This document shows positions 1-12,039 of a stretch of 64,000 nucleotides of DNA, in pieces. The translations under genes were made by a program, and so were the position numbers. Numbering within the stretch: position 1 is the first letter of the stretch; every line of letters begins with the position of its first letter. The stretch comes from Octopus bimaculoides. Its lineage: Eukaryota. Location: positions 8,609,709-8,673,708 of the forward strand of contig NC_068983.1 of the NCBI RefSeq assembly GCF_001194135.2, read 5' to 3'. The notes under the pieces were generated by a model. That model made no database searches and was not told the DNA's origin. It was given only the letters and a program-made list of their open reading frames with translations.

Positions 1-19
1 AGATATGGCCAATTATCTG

Positions 20-905
20 CTAGCCATTTCGTCCAATTCCCAGAGAATCTTTTCTCTCTTGCTCCATAACCAATAACAAACACTTTCTTTCTGCTTCCAT
101 TTCCAACTCTTGCAGAGCCACCCTTAGCTCGTCCTCTCTCATATCAATGACTATAAGCAATTTCTTTGCCGACTGGTCAAGGAATCCCCTGCAGCCAACC
201 ACGACTGAAGGAAGCCATAACTGCCATTGTTTCTTACAGTAGGCTCTCATATTCTCTAAAGACTCTCGTATTTGACAGGCTTCCATTCGAAAGACTAATC
301 GCACCCTTCTTTCCACAGAACTAGAAGTTCGATGAAGATTATTTTCCTCGCCTTTTTCAAACCACAAAATTACATTCTGCTTCAGAAGAATCTGGAGTGA
401 AACTCTTTTACTCTTTTACTCTTTTACTTGTTTCAGTCTTTTGACTGTGGCCATGCTGGAGCACCGCCTTTAAACTGTAGACTTTTCCTCAGGTCCTCTT
501 GCATATTCTGGAACTGGGCCACATGCAGTAGACTATCGTTCTTCTTGGATTTAATGGATTTAATGGATTTAATCCTTCTTTCATGATCTTGATTGCTGCT
601 GTTGTTTTCCCAATTGATGGTGTTTCTTGAGCCTTTCTTATTACAGAGTGTGATTGTGCTTGCAAACAACTTGTCATGGCTCCACATATGTCTCCTTTGA
701 ACGAGTGCTATCCCTCAACCTGACCAGATGCCTGCTGGCGTGCCACTTTTTCTACAAAGTCTACCCGGCTGGTTTCCTGCAAGCCCCACCTTTCAAGTGT
801 TGTTGGCCTTGGGAAGGTAGCATACACTACCCATATCAGGAGGTGGATACGGTTAGTTTCTAGGTACCCTGTGATCCAAGCTCCAGAGCACTTGACCGCC
901 TTTCT
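20..905 (-). mobile_element. Decayed 3' part of ORF2 of a HERO-like non-LTR retrotransposon (zinc knuckle plus restriction-like endonuclease), with frameshifts and stops
   Basis: Minus-strand frames give, in order: LLIWVVYATFPRPTTLERWGLQE, RLCRKSGTPAGIWSG*GIALVQRRHMWSHDK, NMQEDLRKSLQF, LKQNVILWFEK, KIIFIELLVLWKEG, WLPSVVVGCRGFLDQSAKKLL. These match the HERO-type order C.LC...GT..HILS.C..AL.QGRY.WRHD / RPDIVLW / IELTVPWEE / PVEVGCRGF as I recall it. Confidence 0.85.
405..471 (-). mobile_element. 5'-truncated SINE-A/CR1-type 3' tail nested in the HERO-like fossil
   Basis: Reverse complement is AAAGGCGGTGCTCCAGCATGGCCACAGTCAAAAGACTGAAACAAG(TAAAAGAG)n. It is flanked by AAACT at 400-404 and 472-476, a candidate target-site duplication (TSD). 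Confidence 0.9.
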
Positions 906-925
906 CCCTTCTACTTAGATAAATA

Positions 926-964
<39 letters not shown>

Positions 965-1279
965 ACAAACACGCACGCACACACACACNNNNNNNNNNNN
1001 NNNNNNNNNNNNNNNNNNNNNNNNNNNNNNNNNNNNNNNNNNNNNNNNNNNNNNNNNNNNNNNNNNNNNNNNNNNNNNNNNNNNNNNNNNNNNNNNNATA
1101 TATATTGTAACGAAAAATTTCTCTGTGATTTCGAACTGCATTTTTCTCACCATTATCTCACCATTTTATCGACGTTTTTCATCACCTAGTGAATAATTAA
1201 ATTTCCGATCAATTTTCGAAGTCACTTTCAAACGTTTCATTTGAAATGTTAAATATGAGCCCTACTAATAGGTTTGTTG

Positions 1280-1345
1280 AAGCGCGTGACTTAGTGGTGG
1301 GCGTGTTGCACTCATGACGGAGCGATTGATTTTTCGATTCCTAGA
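1280..1345 (+). mobile_element. Degenerate tRNA-derived SINE head
   Basis: GCGCGTGACTTAGTGGTGGGCGTGTTGCACTCATGA...TTTCGATTCC resembles the A-box/B-box head of the SINE-C copies at 33030 and 47907. Confidence 0.55.
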
Positions 1346-1439
1346 TGAGTTGATACATAGTATTCTTGAGGAATAGGATGGCTAACTGTGCGACGTATTG
1401 GGGTCCCGGTTATGAGTAGGATGGAGAGAAAACAGTTTA

Positions 1440-1557
1440 AAATGTTTCCGTACCATCTCCATATGTAACGGCAGTTTACGCGAGAATATTACGTGATTTC
1501 TCTTTAAGAATCTTCGCGTAAACTGGTGTTGCAAACGGAGATGGCACGGAAACATTT
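1440..1557. repeat. Foldback (MITE-like) inverted repeat with ~44-bp arms
   Basis: Left arm AAATGTTTCCGTACCATCTCCATATGTAACGGCAGTTTACGCGA; reverse complement of right arm AAATGTTTCCGTGCCATCTCCGTTTGCAACACCAGTTTACGCGA. Six mismatches, ~30-nt spacer. Confidence 0.85.
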
Positions 1558-1888
1558 GTAACGTATAATTAAAGATGTGTTAAAGAATTTTCTTTGTCTT
1601 CATTTCATTGGGTTATTTACTCCTCGCCAAACCATATAACGGTATAATTCTTGTGTAACTTTTACACCAGAAGTATTCCGGCTTTGGCATGGATCCTGTT
1701 GATTCTGTTGATAACCCAGTATTCGGGTCGAGTGCTTCTCTGGAAATAGCCCAACTTCACAAGCTGACGACCATTGCAATATAATGTTTATAAAGAGAAA
1801 GTCATCTTCTAGCTGTGAAGGTAGTCTTACAGTCTTATAAATATCCTACACTTTTCACACTGTCTTGGCTTTGTTGTCTCATGTTATT

Positions 1889-1926
<38 letters not shown>

Positions 1927-2289
1927 GTGCATACTAAGTGTCACTAAAATTGCTGGAGTCCTATATTGCTATTAATAAGAGGAAAATACCGTTAATGCTG
2001 TAGGAAGAGCACAGTTTGTATATACACATGCTAGCAAAGGAGGCAACCACACCATAACCGCGTCAAGGATCCCCAGATTACATCTAGTTTTGCTTATGAC
2101 AGTAGGCATCTACAGTGAGGTGATCCAATGGCGTATGTTCGGTTAATTCCCTCTATCAACGTTCACGATTAGATCTAATCTTGCCTATAACCGGATCTAG
2201 TTTCGCTGCTCTATGGTATCACATTGAGACGGGCTGTTCATTTTAATCGTTATTGGATAAATAGCGCGGAAAATATAATATAAACAGAG

Positions 2290-2681
2290 GAAACAACCAT
2301 CCTCACCTGCCCCATAAAGGCCAAGATAATTTCATCTGCGGACAAGTTGACGGTCACATTTTTTTTTTTTATGTTTATTGACTATTTTCACAAAAGTCAC
2401 AGCTTCAATCAAGAGAACTACGACAAGGTGTTGAGGCATTTACGAAAGGCTATCAAAACCAAAGACTCAGAAAATCTGACGAAACGATCATGTTTTATCA
2501 GGACAATGCCTTAGGTTTTTTTTTTTTGCGATAGCTACAGTGCATGACTGTGTCTTTTAACTTGTTGATATTCATTCCTATTATTTTGATTTAGCCAATT
2601 GGACTCTCATCTGTTCCCCAACACGAAAAAATACATTGCTAGGAACCAGTACCACAATGATGATGTCATCATATCTGCTGT
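2290..2681 (+). mobile_element. Mariner-family transposase fossil (catalytic C-terminal part)
   Basis: Frames give KAKIISSADKL, IDYFHKSHSFNQENYDKVLRHLRKAIKTK, IMFYQDNA and DSHLFPNTKKYIARNQYHNDDVIISA. These match mariner SAGKV / IDYL / FHQDNA / SDFHLFP motifs. Confidence 0.85.
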
Positions 2682-3335
2682 GACCAAACTTCATTTGGTC
2701 ACATTCCATGAGAGTATCTTCGTCAGTTTATGAATATTTCATCCGACATTCCTCTGTGTGTATCGATATATATATATCCTTATGCATAACCATTGACTTT
2801 TCAACGGTTTACCTATTTATGTTACTATCTAATCTTTCTTAATATTACCCTCTCTTTCCATACACATTCATACACACACTCGTATACGTGTGAACGGATA
2901 TACGGATACGCAAACATACAAACAGACGTTAAAAGACTATGGACCAAATATCTTAACACGGTATATAACAGTAAGATTTATCTGCTAGAAGACATTGAAG
3001 TAAACCAAGTGACGAGAGTTTGCACCTGTGAAAGATAGGAGGAGATAACAAAAAGAAATTTAGTTTGTATTTCGCAAGTGAAATAAAACTCTTGGAGATA
3101 CTACAGAACGAACTTGTTTTTTTTTTTTCTTGATATTTATTCTGGCAAATAATATGTATAGAGGGATGATTCTCTCTGTTTGACTTTGTAAACATAGCAA
3201 ACCTTACTAAAACTTACAGACTGATATATGTCGCATTTTTTTTTCACCGAAGTAAATTTGCATGCTTCTGTGTAATAAAAGAAATACAGGAAAATATAAC
3301 ATTACTGCCATCGACGCCATTGTTGATAAATCCAA

Positions 3336-3458
3336 CGAAGTTGACTTTGCTTTCATCCTTTCGGGGTCGATAAATTAAGTACCAGTTGCTTACTGGTGTC
3401 GATTTAATCGACTGCCCCAACCCCCAAAATTTCGGGTTTTGTGTCTAGAGTAGAAAAG
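3336..3458 (+). mobile_element. SINE-D 3' half
   Basis: GTTGACTTTGCTTTCATCCTTTCGGGGTCGATAAATTAAGTACCAGTTG..CTGG.GTCGAT is shared with the copies at 30930-31010 and 31150-31240. Confidence 0.9.
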
Positions 3459-4009
3459 GTCCTTGATAAATTCTGGGAAAACGCAGTAATTTCTTTATTT
3501 ATTGAACCTTCTATCTGTATAAGAGAAATAAAAGAAAATACGACCAGTAACTGTATAAAAGACGAACTTGAATACAATGAGAGCTGATATCCCTTTTGAA
3601 AGGTCATCTGTATGTCGCTGTAAACAGTTAATTTAAATCTACTAAATTATGTGATGAAATGCTGTTTTGTCCCTAGATGAGAAATAAAACTTGAAATTCG
3701 CAGGTGACGCTACAATACCTATGATATATTCTTCCCAATTAAATATGTATGATATTCTAAATTAAATTCTGGGTGAAATGAGTTTTCCATAAATAGGTCA
3801 CTAGTATTTCTCAGTTCCTACTTTAAGTGTACTAATTTAGGCGGTCAAAATTTGTAATGTTGCTGTGATTTAGGACAGTTATACGGTTTACAACAATCAC
3901 AGGAGTTGGATACCTCGAGAGATGTACTAACAGTTTTTCTTTCTTCTATTTTTCTTCCTTCACATCTGGTTGACTTTCTCTCTCACCCCACTCCTATCTC
4001 GTACTCTGT

Positions 4010-4016
4010 GTGTGTG

Positions 4017-4095
<79 letters not shown>
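4010..4095. repeat. Compound (TG)n(TC)n(TA)n microsatellite, one example of dozens in the window
   Basis: Read directly. Similar arrays occur at 930-988, 10270-10370, 13290-13387, 34085-34185, 47635-47712, 52140-52300, 56540-56640, 58590-58632 and 60990-61060. Confidence 0.98.
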
Positions 4096-4619
4096 GTTTG
4101 TATGTGTGTATTTATGTATAAACACACACATATATATTCAAAACGAGAAAGTTACATGTAATTTCTTTTGTGCGCTTCACATCTCGACTGTTTTCGGAGT
4201 ATATGCATCAGATTTTATTCTTCCTTATTGGAAAACCCACGCATTAGTAGTTTCTTTTCTATGTAACCCTGTTATTACATAGATAAGTGCAGTAATGATA
4301 TTAGGTAGAAATGAGAATATATAGCTGGNNNNNNNNNNNNNNNNNNNNNNNNNNNNNNNNNNNNNNNNNNNNNNNNNNNNNNNNNNNNNNNNNNNNNNNN
4401 NNNNNNNNNNNNNNNNNNNNNNNNNNNNCATATATACATATATACATGTTTATATAAATGTATATATATGTAAGTATATATATATGTATGCATACACAGT
4501 ATGTGCGCTATGTGCTCACTTATAGACATATACACGCATAACGAAGTAATAGAACACAGACATGTACAAAAGAAACATGTACAAGCATTACATGAAGGCA
4601 GGCTGTTCTCACATACAGA

Positions 4620-5520
4620 CATATGCATACAGTAACTCGCATTCAGATAATCATAAATCTAGGAAATTTCATGGTTTCAAGCAAACAAGCAAAAGGGATT
4701 GCCATTTTGTTAGTAATCGGTTTGGATTACGTAAAATTTTCAAGCGACAGAAAGCACGGTTCGAATAATAAGTGTATCTCTCTATCCACACTTATTCTCT
4801 GTTACATAATATCATATTGCAAATTCTATGCTTTGTGTTACAAGAACAAGAAGTATAGTGAACAAAAAATACAGTGAAGCCCTTAAATACTCAACAGGCA
4901 ACAGAAAATATTGAGCATGCAACATATTTCTGGAAGATATTCTATGTATAAGGAGCTATCCAATAATGTCATTGCGACATGAGGATTTTTGTAAAACAAT
5001 ATACAATGCAATGCATAGGAAAGACTGCCCTGCGAAAAATCTAGAAAATATATGTGGTGTGGAATACATAACTATACTCCAAAACAAGATACATTGATGG
5101 ACCATTCCCTAAACTCACACCAAATGCAAACACAATAGAGTTGGTATTTTAGATTGGGAGAAAGAAGAGAAAACATTCTATTGAATGTTATAGAAGTTTT
5201 CTGCGGTGAATGTTTCTTTGAAAACAAGTCGAAAAGAGAACAATGATAAATAACATCTCTGAAACATATAGCTTCACTAAGAACATTATAAATTTATGTG
5301 TGTGCCCATAATTATTTGTGCATTTGGTTGTGTCATTAAGTATTTAGGAAGTAATTTCGAAAGGCTGCAGAGATCAAGTAAAGAAAGTGACCAGTTAACA
5401 CGCAATGTGTAAGCTTAACAGGGGAATTCTATGCAAGACTTCTCTGTAATGAATATGTAATAGGCAACTGTTATTGTTATTTATTCCAGCGAGGAATTTG
5501 TGTTTCTTTGTTGAGGACAA
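4620..5520 (+). mobile_element. Decayed 3' ORF of an R4/Dong-like (RLE-bearing) non-LTR retrotransposon
   Basis: Frames give FVLQEQEV**TK (cf. AIQEQEI.TK), LRHEDFCKTIYNAMHRKDCP (cf. RHD.VAK.IY), HTKCKHNRVGILDWEKEEK (cf. KHNRPDIV.WD) and PIIICAFGCV (cf. PIIIGALG). Confidence 0.75.
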
Positions 5521-5575
5521 TTTAAGCATGAATATAGCATATGAACGTAGATACAAAACACATTGATACATACAT

Positions 5576-5607
<32 letters not shown>

Positions 5608-7011
5608 NNNNNNNNNNNNNNNNNNNNNNNNNNNNNNNNNNNNNNNNNNNNNNNNNNNNNNNNNNNNNNNNNNNNNNNNNNNNNNNNNNNNNNNNNNNNN
5701 NNNNNNNNNNNNNNNNNNNNNNNNNNNNNNNNNNNNNNNNNNNNNNNNNNNNNNNNNNNNNNNNNNNNNNNNNNNNNNNNNNNNNNNNNNNNNNNNNNNN
5801 NNNNNNNNNNNNNNNNNNNNNNNNNNNNNNNNNNNTATACACATATATATATATAGAGAGAGATTTGTATGCTTACAAATTTCAAATCAACACTGTTATA
5901 CACCACCTTCACCAAAAGTGGTAACAAAGATGAAGAACGTAAAAAAAAAACAATTTAAGCAAATTTTGATTGTAAATTAATATCTTGACGATAACATCTG
6001 CAGACTATCAATTGTCGGACAGCATGCAAAGATGAAGTCTGATTATATGAGGCAGGTAACTAACATCATAAGAGGTGAAAAGAAACCCCCTAGGAAAATA
6101 TTCACAAATGACTAATGATAGTCACAATTTAAGAAAGTTCAACGTTACAGTTTTAAGAAGAAAAAAATAGATAACCGATCCTGCACCAACTACCATTTTA
6201 CTATTTCTCATTTGAAGGGCACACTGTTGCAATTCAGAAATAAGTAATATCCAAATTCTTGATGCAGAAAAAGGGCAGATAAAGGTAAAATACCGCCATG
6301 TGGCAACAGATTTCGAAACTATGAAAGTCACTCGTTTTTCTAAACAGTTGTCTAAACATGTCATCATGTTTTTATATATCTTTGAGGAAGATGCCATAGT
6401 AGAAATATTGCATAATACAATCCACATCAAGGATAACAATATGAGAAGCTACAAAGATGTGAGGGGCTTAATAATTCAAAATATAGAATAATATGTTCCT
6501 GTTACGACCTAGGTAAAATGTAAGCGTAACAGGCTTGGAAATTCCCTTGTTGTTGAATACATACACAGTTTTCAAACTAGGAATGAGTTCAACGTTACAA
6601 ACAAATAAATACCAGTAAAATAAATAAAAATCAATCTTAAGTTTATATAGAACAGTTATGCAATGATATAGATACACGCGACGAGAATAGTAATTACCAT
6701 GTGACGTTTCAGAGATCAATTCCTTCCATATGTTAATATTTCTATAAAAGTCGATTAGAAAAGTAATATTTACAGAGAAGCACCTGGAAACTGCGGCTTT
6801 GTAACTCAGATTACAAATACCTGAAGACACTTGTAATTACACTATAACAATGAAAAAAAGGAAAGGAGAACAACCTTTTCTAGGGTTTGTTTTCTATATC
6901 ATCAATATAATATCCGTATCTTTCTGTGACCTCCAGGTTTTCGTAAATTACCGTCTTGCTTACATTAAATACACTGATGATTCCGTAGGAATTGAGTGCA
7001 AACAGGACTGG

Positions 7012-7100
7012 GCCGAAACTGACAACTCTAAAAGTTATGAACGGATTCGGATGAAACTTTAATGGGATGTTCCTAAGGTATTTGTCAACATAACATATGA
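7012..7100 (+). mobile_element. DINE-1/Helentron-like non-autonomous fragment
   Basis: GACAACTCTAAAAGTTATGAACGGATTCGGATGAAACTTT resembles the AAAATAACTCAAAACGTTGTGAACG stretch of the 27090 copy and the core of DINE-like elements as I recall it. Confidence 0.45.
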
Positions 7101-7164
7101 ATATTATAAAAATACACTCAATTTGTTTATAATTATATGGGTCCCAGTCCGTGGTAAATCTGAC

Positions 7165-8578
7165 AAGAAACCACACCTCATCACTCTAACTGAACTCAGT
7201 GATCTAGTTCATAATCTAACACTTGCTAAGCAAAAGAAAGAAGTTCTGGCCTCACGTTTGCAACAATGGTACCTGTTGGATAAAGATGCTCGAATTACAG
7301 TATTTAGGAAGCATCCTGCAGATCTACAGCAATTCTTCACTTTGGAAAACAACTTCATTTATTGTAACATCAGAGACCTATTCAATGCCCTTGAGCTGAC
7401 TTATGAACCAAATTAGTGAAGGTTATTCATAGATGCATCCCTTTACAGCACAAAAGTGGTTATGTTGCCCATTGGGAGCACCGTGCCGTCGGTTCCAGTT
7501 GCTCACTCATTCTAAGAGAGATATATGAGAACCTCATTTATATTTTAGACCACATAAGTTACAAGAAGCATCATTGGCTAATTTATTCTGGCTTCAGAGT
7601 AGTAGCCCTACTTAATGGGCTACATATTGGGTACACCAAATTATGTGCTTCCTTTGCAAGTAGGACATTAAGACCGGATCAGAAGCTTATGTACGCTCAG
7701 AATGACCGCCTCGGTAAACAGAAATACGACACCTTGATGCTATAATGTAAATCACGAGTCACTAGTTAAGAACGAGGACATTATTTTGGCTCCACTGCAT
7801 ATAAAACTTAGCGTAATAAAGCGATTTAACGAAACACTGCAGCATAAGAAGTCATATTTGAAGTAGCTCATGGCGAACTTCTCTAAGATAAGTGATGTCA
7901 AGATTAAAGAGGGCATATTTGTAGGCCCTCATTTTCGTAAACTTATAGCTGATGAGGAGTTCAAGGAACTATGAATGAAATTCAGCTAGCGGCCTGACAT
8001 GCATTCAAAGATGCATGCAAAGGACTTCTGAAAAAGCACCAAGTGGCCCACCGAGAGTGGATAGTGGAGGACCTAATCAAGTGCTATCAAGATCACGGAT
8101 TCTCATCTGTCCTTCTTCCTATAAAATGCAGATGTGAGTGATGAACGTGGAAAGAGGTTCCATCAAGATATAGTGTCAATGAAAAACAGGTGTTAGGGAA
8201 AATGGAGACCAGCGATGGTGGCTGACTTCTGCTGGAACCTGAAGCGTGACACACCTGAGATGTCTTATAAACAAAGAACTAAATACTAAAATGTTGGTTA
8301 ATACGTTATATAATGCTAACAAGCATGCCGATTCATTATATATTTATGAATTAAATACGATGGACATATTTAATCTGACTTTGGGAGCAAAGTAAATTTA
8401 TGGTCTCGTCGAAATTGATATAAATTATATAGTTTTTAAGATGGTAATTTACAAGAAAATGTGATGTGAAACGAAATGTTTGTTATATAATTAGAATTTA
8501 GCACAGTCAAACTTCATAATAAAATGTACATGATAACTAATTCTTTTTTTTCTTGACTGTGAAATGTGTTGTACAGTG
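7165..8578 (+). mobile_element. Chapaev3-like (CMC superfamily) DNA transposon: 3' two-thirds of a decayed transposase plus the right terminus
   Basis: Frames give KPHLITLTELSDLVHNLTLAKQKKEVLASRLQQWYLL, RLFIDAS, GLHIGYTK, PLHIKLSVIKRF, KIKEGIFVGP, VSDERGKRFHQDIVSMKNR and ADFCWNLKRDTPEMSYKQR* (stop 8287-8289). The element ends in TGTTGTACAGTG, the reverse complement of a CACTG-type terminal inverted repeat (TIR). Family name is from memory of these motifs. Confidence 0.8.
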
Positions 8579-8594
8579 TTATTAGCGTACTTAC

Positions 8595-9063
8595 ATATGT
8601 CAGTAAGTAATTAATTGGCGATGTCTTAATGGTTGATCTTCAGACTGGCTAAAGCGCATTTTACAATGAATTATCTCTGATAACTAACAAATAAGCCGAG
8701 AAATTTATACAGGTCAGCATGTAATTATTAATGTTGCGTTATTTATCGTATGTGCATAGTAACAGGTACACATGTATTGAACAAATAATTTTACATTTTT
8801 GTGAAATTCTGTATTTGGCGAAAAGCCATGTGGAAAAACTGAGCCAAACAAGCGCAATAACTGTAACGAATAGAAACCCTAACCACAAATTATGTTGAGA
8901 AACATCAACATAAACATCAATCAGACTGGTATTGTTAATTTGCACTTTGATGACTGTATTTTATATTTACCACAAAATTACAGTCACCCACAGCTAGGCA
9001 TACATGTACTAATACCGACTCACCACCTCACATGTTTGGCAACGGAAATCAGTATAACTACAA
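8595..9063 (-). other. Candidate cluster of three small exons (9063-9024, 8860-8795, 8676-8595)
   Basis: Acceptors TTTTTACAG, TTCGTTACAG and GTTATCAG; donors GTGAGT, GTAAAA and GTAAGT; CTGAC branch-like motif before the third acceptor. The third exon has stops in all frames. Confidence 0.25.
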
Positions 9064-9879
9064 CTGTAAAAATATGTTAAAGAAAATATTTCTAAGTTTC
9101 GCTCTAACTTTTTAACGTATGTGATTTCTACAAATATAAAGTTACATGTGAGCAAACAGTTTTTTTTGTGAATAAACAATATTTATAACAAAACATGAGA
9201 AATGTTACTACTTCTATAGGAAGACATATGAAGGAAAATCTTACAAAAGGCATAATAGTCTGTTATAGAATATATTCATTTCTGTTAGATTTCATTTATT
9301 TTCATTTATTTCTTGTCATATAATTTCTTTTTGGCTAGTCTAGTGTAGTGTACTTGCTTTTGGGCTGAAGATGCTTAAGTGTAACGTCTTTGTAAATATG
9401 TCAATTGATTTGACTTTACCACAACATAAAATTAGATATTTTGTAACAGATATACAAGAACGACTCTTTCTCGTTGGTTTATAAGACAAGGCTATTATAC
9501 CGAATTATAAGACAGTGCCCGAAAACGAATTATATTGCAGTGCATTCGATAACTGTCATTCTATAAAAAATATAGAATTCTGCACAAAGTAACCAGAATA
9601 TGGAAGTTTTGTTAATGACAATACCAAACCCGGATACACCAACAGTAAAATAACATTCAAAGAAGTAACCATTAGTTAACAGTTGAATCTAGCTAAGATG
9701 GATTTGTTACATGCAACATAAATTTAGGGAATATTTGCTTCCTTCATTTTTATGACGAGGTAGATATACTTTGAAACACTAATAGTCTACGAAACGTTAT
9801 TGAAGTGAATAAAATATTTGAGACAAGTTCAGATCCTGGAAGTTCCTTCACTAGACTTTGTGGCTGAAAGCAATCACCG

Positions 9880-10070
9880 GATTAAATGCCACTGCATAAT
9901 GCCTTGGGGTGCGCTATCTCCTTCTAGAGAAAGAACTGATATTGCTACACCTTAGTGCTCAAAGGTCAGTAGCTGTTCAATGCCATGCCGAGAAGTTTAA
10001 GAAATCTACGAGGTGTAGCTGCGGATGTTTTCAAAATACAATCAAATAAATAATCTATCTGATATACTAT
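9880..10070 (+). mobile_element. CR1-like LINE, decayed 3' end of ORF2
   Basis: YCYTLVLKGQ*LFNAMPRSLRNLRGVAADVFKIQ is homologous to the peptides at 12130-12250 and 60720-60940. Confidence 0.75.
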
Positions 10071-10286
10071 GATGATAACTCAATCCATTAAAAACACAAG
10101 CAGAGACAGTTTTGTCCAAATTGCTATTTCATCAGCCTTGATACCAAGGACAGGATCGGAAAGTGTTTTTAACGTAGGCCTTAGTTACAATCTATGGCTG
10201 GAAAATATAATAAAATAATACAACAAAATTTGAACTTGAAAATCGAAACATATCTTATCGTATACCAGATGTGTACACACACACAT

Positions 10287-10330
<44 letters not shown>

Positions 10331-12039
10331 ACACTTACGCACACATACACACACACTCGCACACACATATCAATTAGTGTCTGTAGAGGTACGAATATCA
10401 ATCCATTACGGCCGTTTCTAATATACGTGTGAGCTATCATGAGAGCCACCCGGATAATTGATACCTATAGACTAATCTTGCATACATCCTTACGTACATA
10501 CGTACATACATACACACATACATTCATTCATACATACATACGTACGTGCACACATGCGCACATACATACATACATACATACACACATACATACATACATA
10601 CATACATACAAGGATTGACCTCCGCATAACTAGTTTAATGGCTGAAAACACAAAAAGAAGCATTTCCTATACAATATTGCTGCCAAAATTGTCTGAAATT
10701 TCAGTTATCGATCTCTCAAGACACATTGAAAACGAACTAAAGCACATCTTAAAGGCTTTTCATTTCATTAAAAAGAAAAAGAAATGTGGAAAAATTCCTT
10801 TTAATATTCTTTTCGGGTTCACTTCTGCCGCACTAACATAACAAAAAAATAACTACAAACAACAGTCTCTTTATCGTTCTAACTTTAATGACATCATAGT
10901 TACCACTACTTCTGCAGCTGGTACACATCTTTTCCCAAATTCTCAAGTATTGCGTCCATATCCGTGGCAACCAAAATTCAATATACAGCAGCAGCATCGT
11001 CAACCTGACTGTCATTGCCATCGTCTTTTACACCATTACCATCATCGTCTACTACTGCATGCTAGTATAAACTCAGTCAACATAGAAAATATAAGAAATA
11101 TGTTTTCTCTCTTTTAAACATCTGCTAACGTTACAACTCCACTAAATTTTATTAACTGCAGGAGAATGAGTTTACCCTGTCAAAAATTGTACAGAACGCT
11201 AGGCGCTGGCTCACGAGGGAGAGGAAAAACACCCTCAGCAACTGGATAAATACACCTAAAAGAAATATCATGTTAAATACTGCTGGCAGCAGCAACCTCT
11301 CTCGAAGAATGCGATAGTAGATACGTGAACCAAATTTCCGTGCCGTTAATAAAACTTTCATTAATAATGAATGGGTCACTGAAGAAGAACGGGTCATTGC
11401 GAAAATTAGACGTGGTACCAAACAATGCTGTTAATTTGCCAAAATGACATAGGAGCACTGTATAATCTATTGATCGACGAAAATAAATTCTTGATAACTA
11501 TGTAAAAAAATATGGCGGACATTCTAATGAATCAACACTATTCTCTACAGTGACCCAGATGCGGTTGACTTTGACAAATATTCCTGATGTATATCGCCAA
11601 CATAACATTTAAGACAGCGGATAATCTTTTCGGCAATTAATAAAATTAATGAAAATCATTTACATTTAGCAGCCATCGCCAACAGAACCCTTGCTTATAC
11701 CATGCAAAACTGCAGGGTACAGCTTACTTCTTCTTTTCCTAATAACTGAAAGAATTTTTTGGGATCAGCTTTTATACCTACCTATTCTATGTTCCAAACT
11801 GTTATATCAGTTTTACTTTTTTTGTTAAGGAAATAAGTCACTCGCCTAATTCCTGTTTTAGGGTCGATATGTATGGCTTCCTCGGTGGGAGATATTTTGA
11901 CTCCTAATTCTTGTTTTATAATTTGGGGTATCAAAAAGTACTAACAACATGATACATGATCAAGATTTAGTAGCTTTCAAAACTGTCAGTAATATCCTGC
12001 AAAACAACAAAGGCATGACTTCCCAGGATCGGCGCACTA

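Noticed and set aside
6497-6532. 9-bp inverted repeat CCTGTTACG/CGTAACAGG
   Set aside because: Too short to exceed chance.
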